Positions 25,300 to 38,860 of a DNA stretch of 64,000 nt are shown here, in pieces. The DNA comes from Octopus vulgaris. Its lineage: Eukaryota. Every line of letters begins with the position of its first letter. The stretch's first letter is position 1. Where the stretch lies: positions 77,996,001 to 78,060,000 of the forward strand of contig OX597820.1 of assembly GCA_951406725.2 (NCBI GenBank). The letters run 5' to 3'. The notes beneath the pieces were generated by a model, which worked only from the letters and a program-made list of their open reading frames with translations, made no database searches and was not told the origin of the DNA. Made by a program: the position numbers and the translations under genes.

Positions 25300-27315
25300 A
25301 TGAATGATAGAGCTTCTGACTGTCACCGCCTCTCTTCATAAGCGCTGGGTAAAACTCGTTTCTGCACTTTTGAATAGACCATCATCCACTGACATGTGTA
25401 TGATAGAAAAAATCGAATACCTTCTAGCTATAGAGGAGATGGCATTTGAACTAATTCTAAATTACATTCATATACCTGTGAATAAGCTGAATAACAATAC
25501 GTTCCCAGGGTCTGATCGAATTAGTGCAGGGGTCTTGAAATATTGGGGTGACAAAATGTCTGAACTCTTAGATATATTAATTTATCACTGTTGGAGAACT
25601 GAGAAAGTACCTCAAGACAAGAATGATGCCATTTCAGTTTCCTTGTATAAATCGGGTCCAAAGGATCTGTGTAATTTTCAATGGGATTTCGATTTTGTCT
25701 GTGGTTACGAAGGCATTTGGCTGCATTCCGTTAGAACGTTTAAATACCTTCATAATTCCAAATATGGCGTCTGAGTCTCAATGTGGTTTTCGCTCCTCCA
25801 GGGGCACAGTTGATTCTATTTTTACTATCAAACAAATTCACGAAAGGTGCATTGAACAGGATTTTGCTTTGTGGATTTGAGCAAAGCATTTAATACTGAT
25901 AATGCTCCGTGGCTAATTCTAAGGAAAATTGGTCACCCAGAAAAATGTGTAAACATGATCAGGGCTTTGCATGAAGATATGAAGGCTAGAGTTAATTTTG
26001 GTGGAAGGCTCTCTGAATCTTTTGCCGTGGAAAATGGAGTAAAGCAAGGAGACCTTGTCCACCCACCCACCTTGCAACGTACTTTTCTGTTGTGATTTCA
26101 CACGATTTTGAAAACTCCGAGGAGGAAATTTGCATAAAATATCGAGCAACAGGGAATGTTTTTAATCAGAACAGACTGAAATTCAAAACGAATGTTTTTA
26201 CTTAACTCATTAAAGAGCTCCTATACTCTGACTATTGGGATTGAGTCAGTCATTCTGAAACAGGTCTGCAATCTCTGTATGTGCTTTTGACTCAATTTGT
26301 GATGATTTTGGCTTGAGCATCAACTTAAAGGGAAAAAAAAAACAGTTGTAACCTGCAAGTGGTGCTGTTTGCAAACACCTAAATTTTTTCTTAAGGGTGA
26401 GTTACTTGAGGTTGTTGATTCTTTCATCTACCTTGGAAGTCTGTACAAAATGATGGACATTTGGACACAGAAATACATCTACGAACTCAAAGGGCAGCAC
26501 AAGCATTTGATTATCTGGAGTCACGCGTTTCGTGCGAACAACATATAAATAACACAAAATTGGCTCTTTACAAATCATTTGTCTTACCATCCCTGTTGTA
26601 TTGTTTTGAAACACGAACATCTTACGAAAGACATTTCAAATTGTTAGAACAATTCCACCAAAAATGCCTTCATCGCATTTTATATATTAAATGGAATCTT
26701 TTACTCCAAACACAGATATCCTTGCGTCTGAATGCATCACTTCAATTAAAGCGATGATTCTGAAACACCAAATGAGATGGTGTGTCTATATTGTTCGAAT
26801 GATGGATGAACGCACACCCAAACAGTTGTTTTATGTTGAGCTTGCAGCGGGGAAACGCTATCGGTGTAAAGCTAAAAACAGCTTTAAGGACAGCGTAAAG
26901 TCTACTATAAAATCACTTGGAATGGATCCAGAGGACATACGAATCGCTGCTTCGGATCAAACTGAAGTGCGAACAAAAGTGTGGAAGGGAGTGAAAGCGT
27001 TTGAAGAGGCCAGGATAACGCATGCCAGACTCAGGAGAGTTTTAAAGAAGAATGTTATGACAGAGGAGGTGAATCACAATGACCTTCATGTGTGTACAGT
27101 TTGTGACAGACCATGCCTTTCTTTTGCTGGGCTCAAATCTCATCGGCGGACCCATGAAAAACGAATCTCCACCAACTATTCTACCTATATGGTTTTGCAC
27201 ACCTTTCAATGCCATGTGTGCCATATGGTCTGCAAATCTAACGGATTCCTCAAGAGACATTTTAAGGTACACAAAGATCAGAACCTAACTGCAGCTCATG
27301 GTGATCCAAATCAGA
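25300..27315 (+). pseudogene. 5'-truncated RTE-clade LINE (reverse transcriptase plus C-terminal C2H2 fingers), frameshifted
   Basis: ESQCGFRSSRGTVDSIFTIKQIHERCIEQ, DLSKAFN, ENGVKQGDL, LEQFHQKCLHRILYIKW, QMRW...RMMDERTPKQLFYVEL, CTVCDRPCLSFAGLKSHRRTH. Confidence 0.93.
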
Positions 27316-27352
<37 letters not shown>

Positions 27353-27382
27353 CACACACACGCGCATATATATATATATATA

Positions 27383-27780
27383 AATCCAAAATACTGAAAA
27401 AGAACATAACGGGTGACATTAAACATATACGGACTGATGGGTGATACAAGGACAGACAGGAAAACAAGGACAGACGATTCGTTGATTTCTATTCATCAGT
27501 AAAGATTCCAACTATCACTACAGTTTCGGCCTGTTGCACTTCACTGTTCAAAATTGATATGCCCCAAAAATCTCAGCTGAGGGCATTACATTTTGGAAAG
27601 TAAGCGTTCGAATATGTGCGACACGCGGACAAAAAAAAAAGAACAGAGAAAATTTTACACGATTAGAAATACGAACAACAAGTCTAACAACAGGTGTTCT
27701 TTTACTAAAGGGACAGGTTGAGTTAACAAGGCGTGTGAAGCAGCGTTACGGATGTGCCAGAAGACATGAGACTAAGACAT
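27383..27780 (-). mobile_element. PLE-like non-coding end with permuted hammerhead-like motif (27489-27600)
   Basis: Abuts (TA)n; same helix order as 23120 and 56044. Confidence 0.5.
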
Positions 27781-27895
27781 GGCTGATCTCGCACACTTCT
27801 CATGAGCTCCGTGAGATCACTGCTGAGACGCTTCCGAAAAACTGTGAAAAGCTGTTGGAAAACCGATTATAGCATCGATTCCATCAATTCCTAGG

Positions 27896-27936
27896 GATAT
27901 CTGAAGAAGGAATTATTTTTTCCGAAATATCATATC
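27896..27936 (+). ncRNA. Minimal hammerhead ribozyme (41 nt)
   Basis: GATAT-CTGAAGA-A-GGAA-loop-TTCC-GAA-ATAT-C-ATATC: 5-bp stem I, ATAT palindrome, AUC site after 27931, about 15 nt from (TA)n. Confidence 0.75.
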
Positions 27937-27949
27937 AAACTGTGGATGA

Positions 27950-28000
<51 letters not shown>

Positions 28001-28005
<5 letters not shown>

Positions 28006-28996
28006 GAAATGAAGAAAATGCTGACAAAATAACTTAAGTAATTTAATTAGGTGAAAGTTCTTTTTACCGGTTGCGCATTTGTTATGCTTATCAAAAGATT
28101 AGAGTTCCTTTCTGATAGATTTTTTCCTCTTATCTGACTTTATGTTGGTTTGCTGTCTCTTATATGTGAAAAAAGAGGCTCAAGAGTTGTTTAAGATTTG
28201 CTTGGTTTCGCGCCTAAAATTTCTTGTGGACAATGGTCAATACAATTTTGATTGGTCATTATGAAGGGGTCACATGAATGGAAGTTGGTGTTGGGGTAAG
28301 AAAAAAGGCCCCAGAGAAGTTAAAATTTGGTTAGTGTCGCGCCTAAAATTTCTTATTGGTCATAATAAAGAGGTCACGTGGATGTGGTCATAATAGAGAG
28401 GTCACGTGAATGTTTAGAATTTTCGAAAATAGCGTTGCTGAAAATTCTTATCGTTCAGGCTGGTCAGTAGACGTCATGTGGATATTTTAAATAGCTTTTT
28501 AGCGCGTAGTTAGGGAGTGTATTTTCCGCTTGACTGAATTTGAGCTGGATAAGTAAGTTCGTTTAGGACAAGAAGAGCTATATGTATGTATTGTGCGCGC
28601 ACGCGCGTGTTTGTGTGTGTGTGTGTGTGTGTGTGTTTATATGTATGTTGGGGCGCGCGCGTGTATATATGTGTGCGTGTGTGGGTACAATTTTCAATAT
28701 TTATAGTTCTGCTGGCCTTGTGCCTGTATCGGGAAACAACGTGTTTGTGTGAAGTCAATATTTACAGTCATTTCCAAAAAATAGTGTTGGATGTTTTGCA
28801 CCCGTATCCAATTATGTGTATGTGTGGAACCATATATTTGCGTGTGTCATGGTGTTAATATTTGGGTAAAAGTGTGTGTAGGGTGTGTGCAGGTGTAAGT
28901 GTGTGCAGGTGTGGGTTCGTGTTAGGGGGATGTGTTTAGAAGTGGTCTGTATTTATTAATAAGGTGGGATTCCATGGTTATTCGCTGGGTATGAGT

Positions 28997-28998
<2 letters not shown>
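28001..28998 (-). mobile_element. 5'-truncated Penelope-like retroelement between (TA)n tracts
   Basis: 28996-28922 translates THTQRITMESHLINKYRPLLNTSP*, matching the GIY-YIG C-terminal R..E..I...P.LN motif. The long 3' UTR has a degenerate U3:A8 hammerhead at 28061-28097. Confidence 0.8.
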
Positions 28999-29042
<44 letters not shown>

Positions 29043-29043
<1 letters not shown>

Positions 29044-29203
29044 GGCGCATGTGTGGTTGTGTGGTAAGTAGTTTGCTTACCACTCACATGGTTCGGTGTC
29101 AGACCCACTGCGTGACACTGGGCAAGTGTCTTCTACTATAGTCTCGGGCCGACAAAAGCCTTGTGAGTAGATTTGGTGGACGGAAACTGAAAGAATCCCG
29201 TCG
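29043..29203 (+). mobile_element. tRNA-derived SINE family B, 5' half
   Basis: GGCGCA..TGTGG.TGTGTGGTAAG...GGGCAAGTGTCTTCTACTATAG...GCCTTGTGAGT, shared with 32833. Confidence 0.8.
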
Positions 29204-29234
<31 letters not shown>

Positions 29235-29755
29235 TACTACAATTTCAGCAAACTGAATACTTTAATTTCAGTAATGAATCTATTTGAATCTGTCATTTAT
29301 GTCTAATTCGTACCTATTTCCCTTCTTCCGGTACAATTATTTCTAATTTCGAGGAAACCTGTGAAGTTGGCGGCTGGAAGAACTCGCAGAAAAACTAATG
29401 CGGTTGAGTGGTTGTTTCTCAAATGCATTTACTTCTAGATCAGCGATCAATCTTCCATATTTCAGTAATCAATTGTCGTTTCTTTTATTCAACCCTTGAT
29501 TAATGCAGAACCCAAAAAAGGATGAGATAATGCGTGGTGAAGAGTGCAAGAGCAGTGATAATATGTGTTAATATTTTTAGTGAATAATATTTTTATTTTC
29601 TCCAATATGTCAACCTCAAGAATGGCGTTGCTCTCTGCAAGGAATCCATTAGTGTTCAACAATTTTGAACCCAACTGAGCAAATGAAATTATCTCTACTT
29701 TATGTTATTGAATATTTCTCCTTTCGTTCATGGCTTCAACAAATGTGTGCTTGAA

Positions 29756-29795
<40 letters not shown>

Positions 29796-29842
29796 CATAT
29801 ATATATATGTGCATATACATATATGCATATATATATATATGC

Positions 29843-29907
<65 letters not shown>

Positions 29908-29985
29908 TGTGTGTGTGCGTGTGTGTGTGTATGTGTGTGTGTATGGATATATATAATGTATGTATGTATATATTTGTTTATTCAC

Positions 29986-30039
<54 letters not shown>

Positions 30040-32170
30040 ATCCGTGTATGTATATATATATATATATATATATCTACACACACAAACAAACAAACACACA
30101 CACGCGCGCACACACACATACACACATACACACATATATATATATATGTATGTGTATATAAAGACATTCGAAAATGAATGCACGTATATATGTATGTGGT
30201 TATGTGCGTGTATGTGTATACACTGGGGCATTATACCATGTGTATGTATAATTGTATGCGCATTTCTGAATCGTAGACACCGAATAGATTCCATGTCAAT
30301 TGAAATTCCCCATTTACGCCCCCACCCCCCGTATTCTATCAATAAATATCTAAATTTCATCGTTGAGGGTTTATGTTACGTTTTAAATTTGGAGATAATG
30401 CTTTGAAAGATTTTCATTTACTACGCATTAAATTTTTGTACTTATCGTGTAAATTATTTTCCCTAGTGATTGAGTATTCTTTGACAAAATTTCCCGGCGT
30501 ATTATGTTTTATTAGTATATTCTAAAATATATGAGTGTCTTGGGAATAATATGTCCTGTCAACTTAACGAAGCTATAGGCAAGCAGGAATATTCTCTTGC
30601 GAAGGAATCTTTATAAAAGTGCATACATAGATACGTATAAAAGTGCATACATAGATACGTACAAAAGTGCATACATACATACATACATACATATATACAT
30701 ATATAAACAACAAATATGTACGAACGTATGCAGATACATATATACTGATACATGAACATATATATAATATTGTGTCTGCGGAGATTCATATTGTCTTAAT
30801 GCCTTATCATCTATCACACTCACCGGTTCTATTTCGACTCATTTATTATATATGTATTATTCTTTCTTCCAGAATTTTCGCTACTTTTGCAATCTTGTCA
30901 ATGTGGACCAGAATAAGGGCCAGGGAAAACTAGCATTGGACAACTCATTTTCAGCTGAGCAAACTGGAACAATGCACTGTGCGTTCTAAGAATCAGATCT
31001 CTGATTTTATGAACGTACACACAACACCCAAAGTATTATATATTTATAGAAGCATGTGTGTGTATATATGTATATATAGATATAGATATCTATATATTAA
31101 TATATGTATATATATTATTATATATTTAGGATTTTACCAATAGGACCACAACTTCAATTTCAGGACACCCTTATTTTCTGGAGTACACATAGAAAGTTTT
31201 ATCCAAAATACTAATCTAATAATATAATCATTTTAAAGCTGATACTGTTTGCTTTGCATTAGTAAAGTGAAAAATAGTAAATATCCTGATGACCTGGAAT
31301 AATTATTATGCTGGTTATTATTCATGAATTCATTTGCAAATTTTTTACTCTCCTGCATGACAAAATGAAACTCCTTATGGCTTGTGATTTTCAACGAGTT
31401 TTAGCATCCAGTGGTCTAGCTGTTTCAAGACGTTTGGCAAGTCCAGTTGTGGTGGTTTTGTATGAGATTTGAAATTCAATCAAACCTCAATCTCCTTGGA
31501 CTCAGGGAACGTAACGACCATTCGTGTCTGCTTCTGGGTGGTGTGTTTTATTACAGCTCAGCAACTTAGGAATTTTCCTGTCAATTTTCTTTACTTCACT
31601 GATATTCGATGTCTACATATTGAAGCTGTAAATAAAGACTGGGAATACTTATTATTATTATTATATGCAAATGCCCGTCCTCTCCATAATAATTTAAAGT
31701 TTCACATTAGGGGATATGCCTGCTATTTCGGGTAGTGCGCGTAGCTGAGAAGTTTCTTCCTCGCTTGATAATAGAGACAAAAATTGTATTCTCCAGAAAG
31801 CAATGTAACGGTTACATGAGAAAAAAATATCACCGCATTTAGAGAAGGCATTAATCTCGTTATTTATTGGAAAGCGCTGGATTTATCCCAACAGAAAATA
31901 TAAGTTCGGTGCTTTCATTCTGAGCATAGTGGCTTCAATCGAAGTATGTTTTTTTTTTATATATGTAACACTACATAACAAATGCAGTGAAATATTCAAA
32001 TGTTCCGCATTTATACTTAGACGAAATATAAATTTTGAAAATAAATGATCGACCCCATCTGTTCAACAGATACAGACATAAAGTGTATGCATATATGCAT
32101 ATACATATATATGTATGAGAATGTACATTTCTGCGTGTACGTGTGTGTGTGTGTCTGTGTGTGTGTGTAT

Positions 32171-32202
<32 letters not shown>

Positions 32203-32292
32203 TCTGTTTTATTTAAATTCATCCTTTGAAGAAGGATCTGGTTTCTAATAAAGATGCAAAGCTGCATTGTTGAAGTATAGAAAAGGAAAGCG

Positions 32293-32450
32293 ATGTCACA
32301 TTTTAAACATGCAAAAGTCTTCCATAGTTTCGCTGTTCCGGTTAAAGATTGTATTTGTAATGTGCGAGTCATTTGGTTGATTTCTTTTCCTGAAAATCTC
32401 AGCTCATCCAGACTGCCAGTTAGGAATTTACATACAAATCCAGGCACACA
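32293..32450 (-). pseudogene. Possible C-terminal remnant of a restriction-like-endonuclease non-LTR element
   Basis: PGFVCKFLTGSLDELRFS...LQIQSLTGTAKLWKTF resembles the terminal LQ..L.GT..I motif. Confidence 0.4.
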
Positions 32451-32832
32451 AATTAGTATTGGTATATGTATGTATGTATGCATGTATGTATGTATGTATG
32501 TATGTATGTATGTATGTATGTATGTATGTAGGTAGGTATGTATGTATGTATGTATGTATGAATGAATGTATGTATGTATGTATGTATGAATGAATGTATG
32601 TATGCATGTAATTATTTATTAGTATGTATGTATGTATTTAAAATGAAAAAGTAATGATATAGATTTTTACATCGGTTTGTCTCTGGTTTGCAAGATCTTT
32701 ATGCGAACTCGTGTGCTGACACAAATTTTGTTGTGGTCCTAAGGAGTGTCATCATGCCAATATAATTAACACACACACTGGTTCAATTCACTTAATTTAT
32801 TAAATATCGGATTTTAAGTTTTTTGTCGTGTG

Positions 32833-33218
32833 AGGCTCAGGTGTGCCTGTGTGGTAAGAAGTTTGCTTCCCAACACCATGGTCCTGGATTAAATCCCACA
32901 GCTTCGTAATTTGGGCAAGTGTGTTCTACTAAAGCATAGGGCTGACCAAAGACTTGTGAGTGGATTTGGTTGAGTGAAATTGAATAAATCAAGCCGTTTG
33001 TGTGCGCGCTCGTGCGTGTGTGTGTGTGTGACTTTGTGTCTGTGTTTTTCCTCCACCACTGTGTGTATGCCCCTGTAACTTAGCGATTCACCAAAAGTTA
33101 TCAATAGAATAAGCGCCAGTAGGGAGGTCGATTAGATCGACAGAAGTTCTTCAACGTGATGTCACAGCATGGCCGCGGTCTCGTGACTAATACAAATCAA
33201 ATATAAAAGATAAAAGAT
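32833..33218 (+). mobile_element. SINE family B, near full length
   Basis: tRNA-like head, internal (TG)n, CAGCATGGCCGC 3' end and (ATAAAAG)n tail. Confidence 0.8.
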
Positions 33219-34505
33219 ACATATATTTTCATGCATACACTTGTAATTATGTTTGCCATCGTACGCTCATACATATATACGTATATACATACATGCATAA
33301 ATGCACGTGTTGGTTCCTCTCTATTGTTGGGCGTATATTCCAGCGTCGCTATGTCTATGCACAAGAGATAATCTTAATAAATGTTGGCAAGTCTCTGTTT
33401 GATTTCAAACCAATGGCTTTATTTCAATATTCTCTATGAACAAAAAATATATAATTTGTGAAGAAAATTATCTACTCTTAATAGATACAATATTTATATT
33501 CCTACGGATGTAATTCCTTTATCTTTCTTGTGAACTCTATTTTCTTTCAAAATTATTTATGCCTAAATTTATTTCTCTCTGTAATACTCTCCATTTCTGA
33601 CCATCAACCCGTCTCCCTTGTTCGTCCTTTCCTTCTGTCTCTTCCCCGTTATTTTATTTCCCCATATTAATAATATCTTCTCAGTTACCATCAAATATTG
33701 CCTTCAAAAATTAACCTTCATGGCGACATCGTAATAGAATTCTTTATTTCCACTATTAGTGAGATACATTTTAGTACAATAGAAAATGTACGGCAAAAAT
33801 ACTATTATATTATTTGCGAAAAAAACTAATCAAGTTTATTAATACATTCTTTTATTTATTCTTTTGATGTTTTCTAATAACTGATGTACATTTTGCAACT
33901 AATTCGATAAATAATTTTCAGCCAAATTAATCCACAAGTAAAGTTTCTACAAAAGAATATTGTTTGATCTGATTCCACGATGCGGATTATGTTGCGATTC
34001 ATTATTTTTTTGTATTTGTTTCCTGGTCTCATCTCTCCCTGACTCGAATTGGTTCCCCTAGTAATTTCGTTCATCTTTACTTCCCGAGCATTTTATTGTT
34101 ATTGACTTACATCAATTTCTGTTTTCTGTTACCGTAATATCTCTCTCTTCCATTCTGTTATGTAGTATATCACCTGCTCACTTTTTAGTGTTATTCTAAT
34201 AACATTATCTATCGACCTGGCGAGAGAGTTAGTCTTACACTGCTCGATCAGTTAAGAATGAAATTCCCTCCTCTCTACAACCCCACTACAAAGTATAACG
34301 TAGTTTCTGATTAATATGTGTGTGTGCGTGCGTGTGCGTGTGTGTGTGCGTGAGAGAGAGATAGAGTGTGTGTGTGTGTGTCTTTAGCGCTTGAAGTGCT
34401 CTACAGATATTGTATATTGAGAAAAAGGAGGCAATCAGATAATTTGATAATTCTTTATTAGCGATAATAAAGGGTAGTCTAACTGCCTCCGTTTCTCAAG
34501 ATATA

Positions 34506-34541
<36 letters not shown>

Positions 34542-34551
34542 TGTATATATG

Positions 34552-34589
<38 letters not shown>

Positions 34590-34590
<1 letters not shown>

Positions 34591-35700
34591 CAGCATGACT
34601 AGGTTTTGAAACAGCTGCCTGACCATTCACATGTGAGTGTGATATATTTTGTCTTTGCATAAACATTTGATGACGTAGATCTGGCATGATACATCGCAAA
34701 CTACGAGACTTTGGCATTGCTGGTAAACTGGAAGAGTGGCTGCATGACTTTCTTAAAGACAGAACCCAGACAGTTACATCCAATGGTGCCCGCTCTGAGG
34801 AAACTCAAGTTCTAAATGGCATACTCCAGGGAACTGTCTTGGGGTCATTACCGTATATAATAGCCATTTTAGACATGCCCATGTTCACTTGCGCTGCCAC
34901 TGTCATTGGCTACGCCTATAATTATCATAGGCAATAAAAAATCCAGATGATGTCGCAAGCTTACAGCGGGACCTGATTGCAATATACGAGTATAAAACAT
35001 GATGTTTAATGCTGGAAAAGTTCAAGCACTGCACAAACGCATCGCAGCCTGCATATACGGGACTCAAGGGCATTGCAGCCCCTGAGTCTCAGGCAGTGAA
35101 AAACTTGAGGTTCATTTCATATGCACATTACCAAGATGGTAGTAAAGTGCAGACAACTGGCTGGATGGAGACTAAGGTCTTTCAAGACCGAGAAGTTAAG
35201 TCGACTCGTGGATATCCTTCGTTTTCAGCTGCCTCGACAACTGCTCTAATCAATGGCCACCACATAGTGCCAGACTAACAGCGGAGTTTGAAGTCCTTCA
35301 ATGTCACTACACTAAAAAGTTTGAACTTGCAGTAGATGAGCTATAGGCAGAGGCTGAAAAAACTACGGACTTTACTTCCTGGGGCGAAGTCGCGACAGAT
35401 ATGAAATAATTTACATATGGGAAACTCTATAAAGGCTAGTACCTAATTTCGACATTGAATGTTATACAAATGTCACAAATAGGCGCCAACGGTACTATCC
35501 TAAGGTTGAAAAGCCCACAGCTCTTCAGTACGCTGCCACAAACATTAAGAAACCTACATAATCTGGATGTAGATCTCTTCAAAAGGAAGCTAGATTTCTT
35601 CCCCACCACAATAACAGTTAAACCGACGGCCCAACACGAGGTGCATACGGGGACAGCAGAATCAATTCCTTCAGACGTCAAATGGGCCAACAGCTAGGAA
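34590..35700 (+). pseudogene. CR1/L2-group LINE 3' remnant
   Basis: KLRDFGIAGKLEEWLHDFLKDRTQTV...NGILQGTVLGSL (RT motif) and PQLFSTLPQTLRN...FKRKLDFF terminal motif. Confidence 0.85.
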
Positions 35701-35849
35701 CAAAGGACCATGCAGTAGTGGTAGTGTGAACAGCCACCCCCCATCTTGTGGCAATCAGTCGAATGATAATCATAAGTAACAGTGCAAAACCACTGTAATG
35801 CTCCAACATAATCGCATTGTTTTTTTTATTTTGTCAACTACACAATATA

Positions 35850-36639
35850 GTAGGGCCAGTTGGGCACCCTCTGCAAGAAGGACAGCATCATGACACAATT
35901 CGCTCAGCTAGAAGTTTTGAAACGCCGTGCTGTATTCGCGCCGGAAGCTCCAATACGATCATTTAAGTGCATCTCAGTGTCAATCTGAGAACCGTGCAAT
36001 CTGAAGACATGTACTGAGAGTGATAAATATCATAAATTCAGTCAACATCATGGTGTTTGGACTAATCACTAGTGATAGCGACGTTATGCCTCCATTCATC
36101 TTCACAAACGGCCTTACACTCAACAGGGAGGCCTACATCAAGTGCCTGGAGGAGTTAGTTCTTCCAGGGTTAAGAGGGTGGCTTCTGGAACCCCTATGTC
36201 TAGCATCAGGTCTCTGCAGCATGCCTCACAAGTAGGAGAACCCAGTTATGGCTGTCAGACAACCTTTCCGACCACATCACCCCTGGCATCTGGTCACATA
36301 ACTTTCTAGATTTCAACCCCATTGATTATTACGTGTGGGGCGCAGTTGAGCGGCAGACCAAAAAGACTCCTTGTAACACCAAATATGAACTGAAGACAAT
36401 GGTTATGGCAGCATCACCAACTTAAGCAAGGAGACTATCCAGAAGAGTTGCAGGAGATTCCGAAGTCGTATGGAGGCCGTTACTGGAGCCAATGGCAATT
36501 TTATTGAATAAATTTACTCTTTAGCATTTCAAGGTATATTTATGTACTATTGATAAATATATCTGTTGAAAAAATGTGATGTCACTGTTATTTTCATTTT
36601 TGCGTAATGTACACGACAATCTATTCAGCACACCATCTG
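35850..36639 (+). mobile_element. Decayed DD37D (maT-like) Tc1/mariner transposon
   Basis: IMVFGLITSDSDVMPPFIF...YIKCLEELVLP and DFNPIDYYVWGAVE...RFRSRMEAVTGANGNFIE*; ends CTG|TA. Confidence 0.8.
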
Positions 36640-36930
<291 letters not shown>

Positions 36931-38631
36931 TGTGTTTGTTTGTGTGTGTGCGTGTGTGTGGCTCAGTCTGGTTCATGTGCGAGTACATTTGCGATAGCTT
37001 AATGACTATATTCACATGAAACACAAAATACAAAGAATTGAATATAGACTACGATTAAACAAAAGAAGTTATGTGATTGTCTTATCTTGACATCTGTTTC
37101 CTAATGATATAATTACGTTATTCCATAGACAGTAATATTGTAGGTGTTTGGAATAAAAAACTAATTCGCTAGGAAACATTAGAAGAAATTATATCAGTCT
37201 ATATCGGAATAAGAATTAAAATTTTCATTTCTGCGAACAATACTACTACGTGAATATCGACACCTCTCTTGGTATTGCGTTCTCCAGCACCCGTACGTAT
37301 ATATATATATAGAAATGATGAATTTCTAAATGTCTCAACGAGGCATGAGCGGTGGTGGAGCGATAAAGAGGTTGTATGAAGTCAACAAAACGTGACAGTC
37401 CCGTAGAGGGAATTGTACCACCACTATATAGCCCTAGCTAGCATCGACGCTTCCTGTCGGCTTTGACACATTTTCTGTGTCCTTACATTCGCAAAGAGGA
37501 GGCAAGCACCCCCACCAGCTAGGAACAGCACCCTGAATACATGCATGTTTCTGGGTATTGCCCATCATCAATTCAGGGTATCGTGTCCTTTTCCCTTTAT
37601 TATAGGCACAATGGCCTGATTACATAGAGGGGACAAAACAAGACAAAACGGGAACATAAAACAAATGATGTATGGTTGATGGAGTGCTTAATAATTGATG
37701 AGAATGAAGCTGTTCGACTCACTCCCGTTTGACGTTAATTCTCAATACCATCGGGTCTCACTGTGAGGCGAAACCGCGATGGTCGTCTTATCAATATCGT
37801 AATCATTAATTGTTCACATTAGTCTTTGTATTTTCTTTTTCTGTTTTATCTTGTTTTTCCAGTCGTTACCTTATCCTTTTTTGTTTACATATTAAATTTC
37901 ACAGACAAATAACAAAGGTTCAATTCTCAGTTCATTTGCAGTTCAATTCATTTTTTTTTAATAATTAGTTGCGTTACACTCTTAATTATACTTACCGTCA
38001 ACATTTTTTTTCCCACATTTATTATTGTTATATTTCTTTTTCCTCTCGTTCTCTTTCTTTTCTTGTGTTTCTCTTCTCGAGTATACTGCTTCGTTCATCT
38101 CCGTTTGTGTATCTGAATTTTCTCCCGACTGCAAATACTTCTCTTCCATCTGTTCTTTTTCTTTGAGCCTAAACCACTGCCACACTTCTTCGCTTTGCAG
38201 GTTCATCGCTCTCAACATAGAGACAGTAAATAAATTTTAAAAATTGTTTTCAGATACTGCTGTAACCATATCGCATTACGTTCGATATGACAGTTTGTCC
38301 GGAGTTATAGAGCAAGATGAATTATTCCTTTACATTACGGACGAACACCTCAGATCGTATAACTGTAATATAAATGAAACTGCGAGCTTTGGGGGTCTCG
38401 TAAGCCATTTCATTTAATTCATTGTTAATAATTCATTTCATTTCAAATCATCCTTTTTATTTTTATTATATCTACCCCATGTCCTGTATTGTATTGTTAT
38501 GTCCCCTCTTCTGTCAGGCTATTGTGCTTATAATAAAGAGAAAGGACACGCTACCCTGGATTTTTGTTGTTTTTTGAGAGAAGCTGCTCATAAGTTCCTG
38601 TGAAGCCGACGTTTGTCAGTGAAAGAAGAAA

Positions 38632-38860
38632 TTGGAAATGAAGAGCTACGCAGAAGTGACAGCGGAAGACCCGGAAAAAGAGAAATTAAGAAAGCTAACA
38701 CTGAAGTCGTTGAATTGGGACCCTGAAAAGATGAAGAGATATTTGAGCAAAGTGGAAATAGAAGCAACGAATGTGAAGCTTGTAATGCCGGAGGAGAAAA
38801 AGAAAGTGATAAGGGATTTAACAAGAGTATATAGAACATTCTCCAACGAATCCTGGAGGA
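38632..38860 (+). pseudogene. Possible LINE ORF1 N-terminal fragment
   Basis: Charged open frame with KSYAEVTA (SYA motif common in ORF1 proteins), interrupted by a SINE. Confidence 0.3.

Noticed and set aside
29232-29275. Minus-strand ATTAC...GAAATTGTA-GTAAT hammerhead-like
   Set aside because: Stem I is present but no recognisable CUGANGA core.
29728-30406. YI/CV/HT-repeat ORFs, here and throughout the window
   Set aside because: Translations of (TA)n, (TG)n and (CA)n microsatellites.
37748-37782. Type III hammerhead remnant (CCATCG-GGTC...CTGTGAG-GC-GAAACC-GCGATGG)
   Set aside because: Stems I and II are missing and the core lacks a base; cannot be supported.
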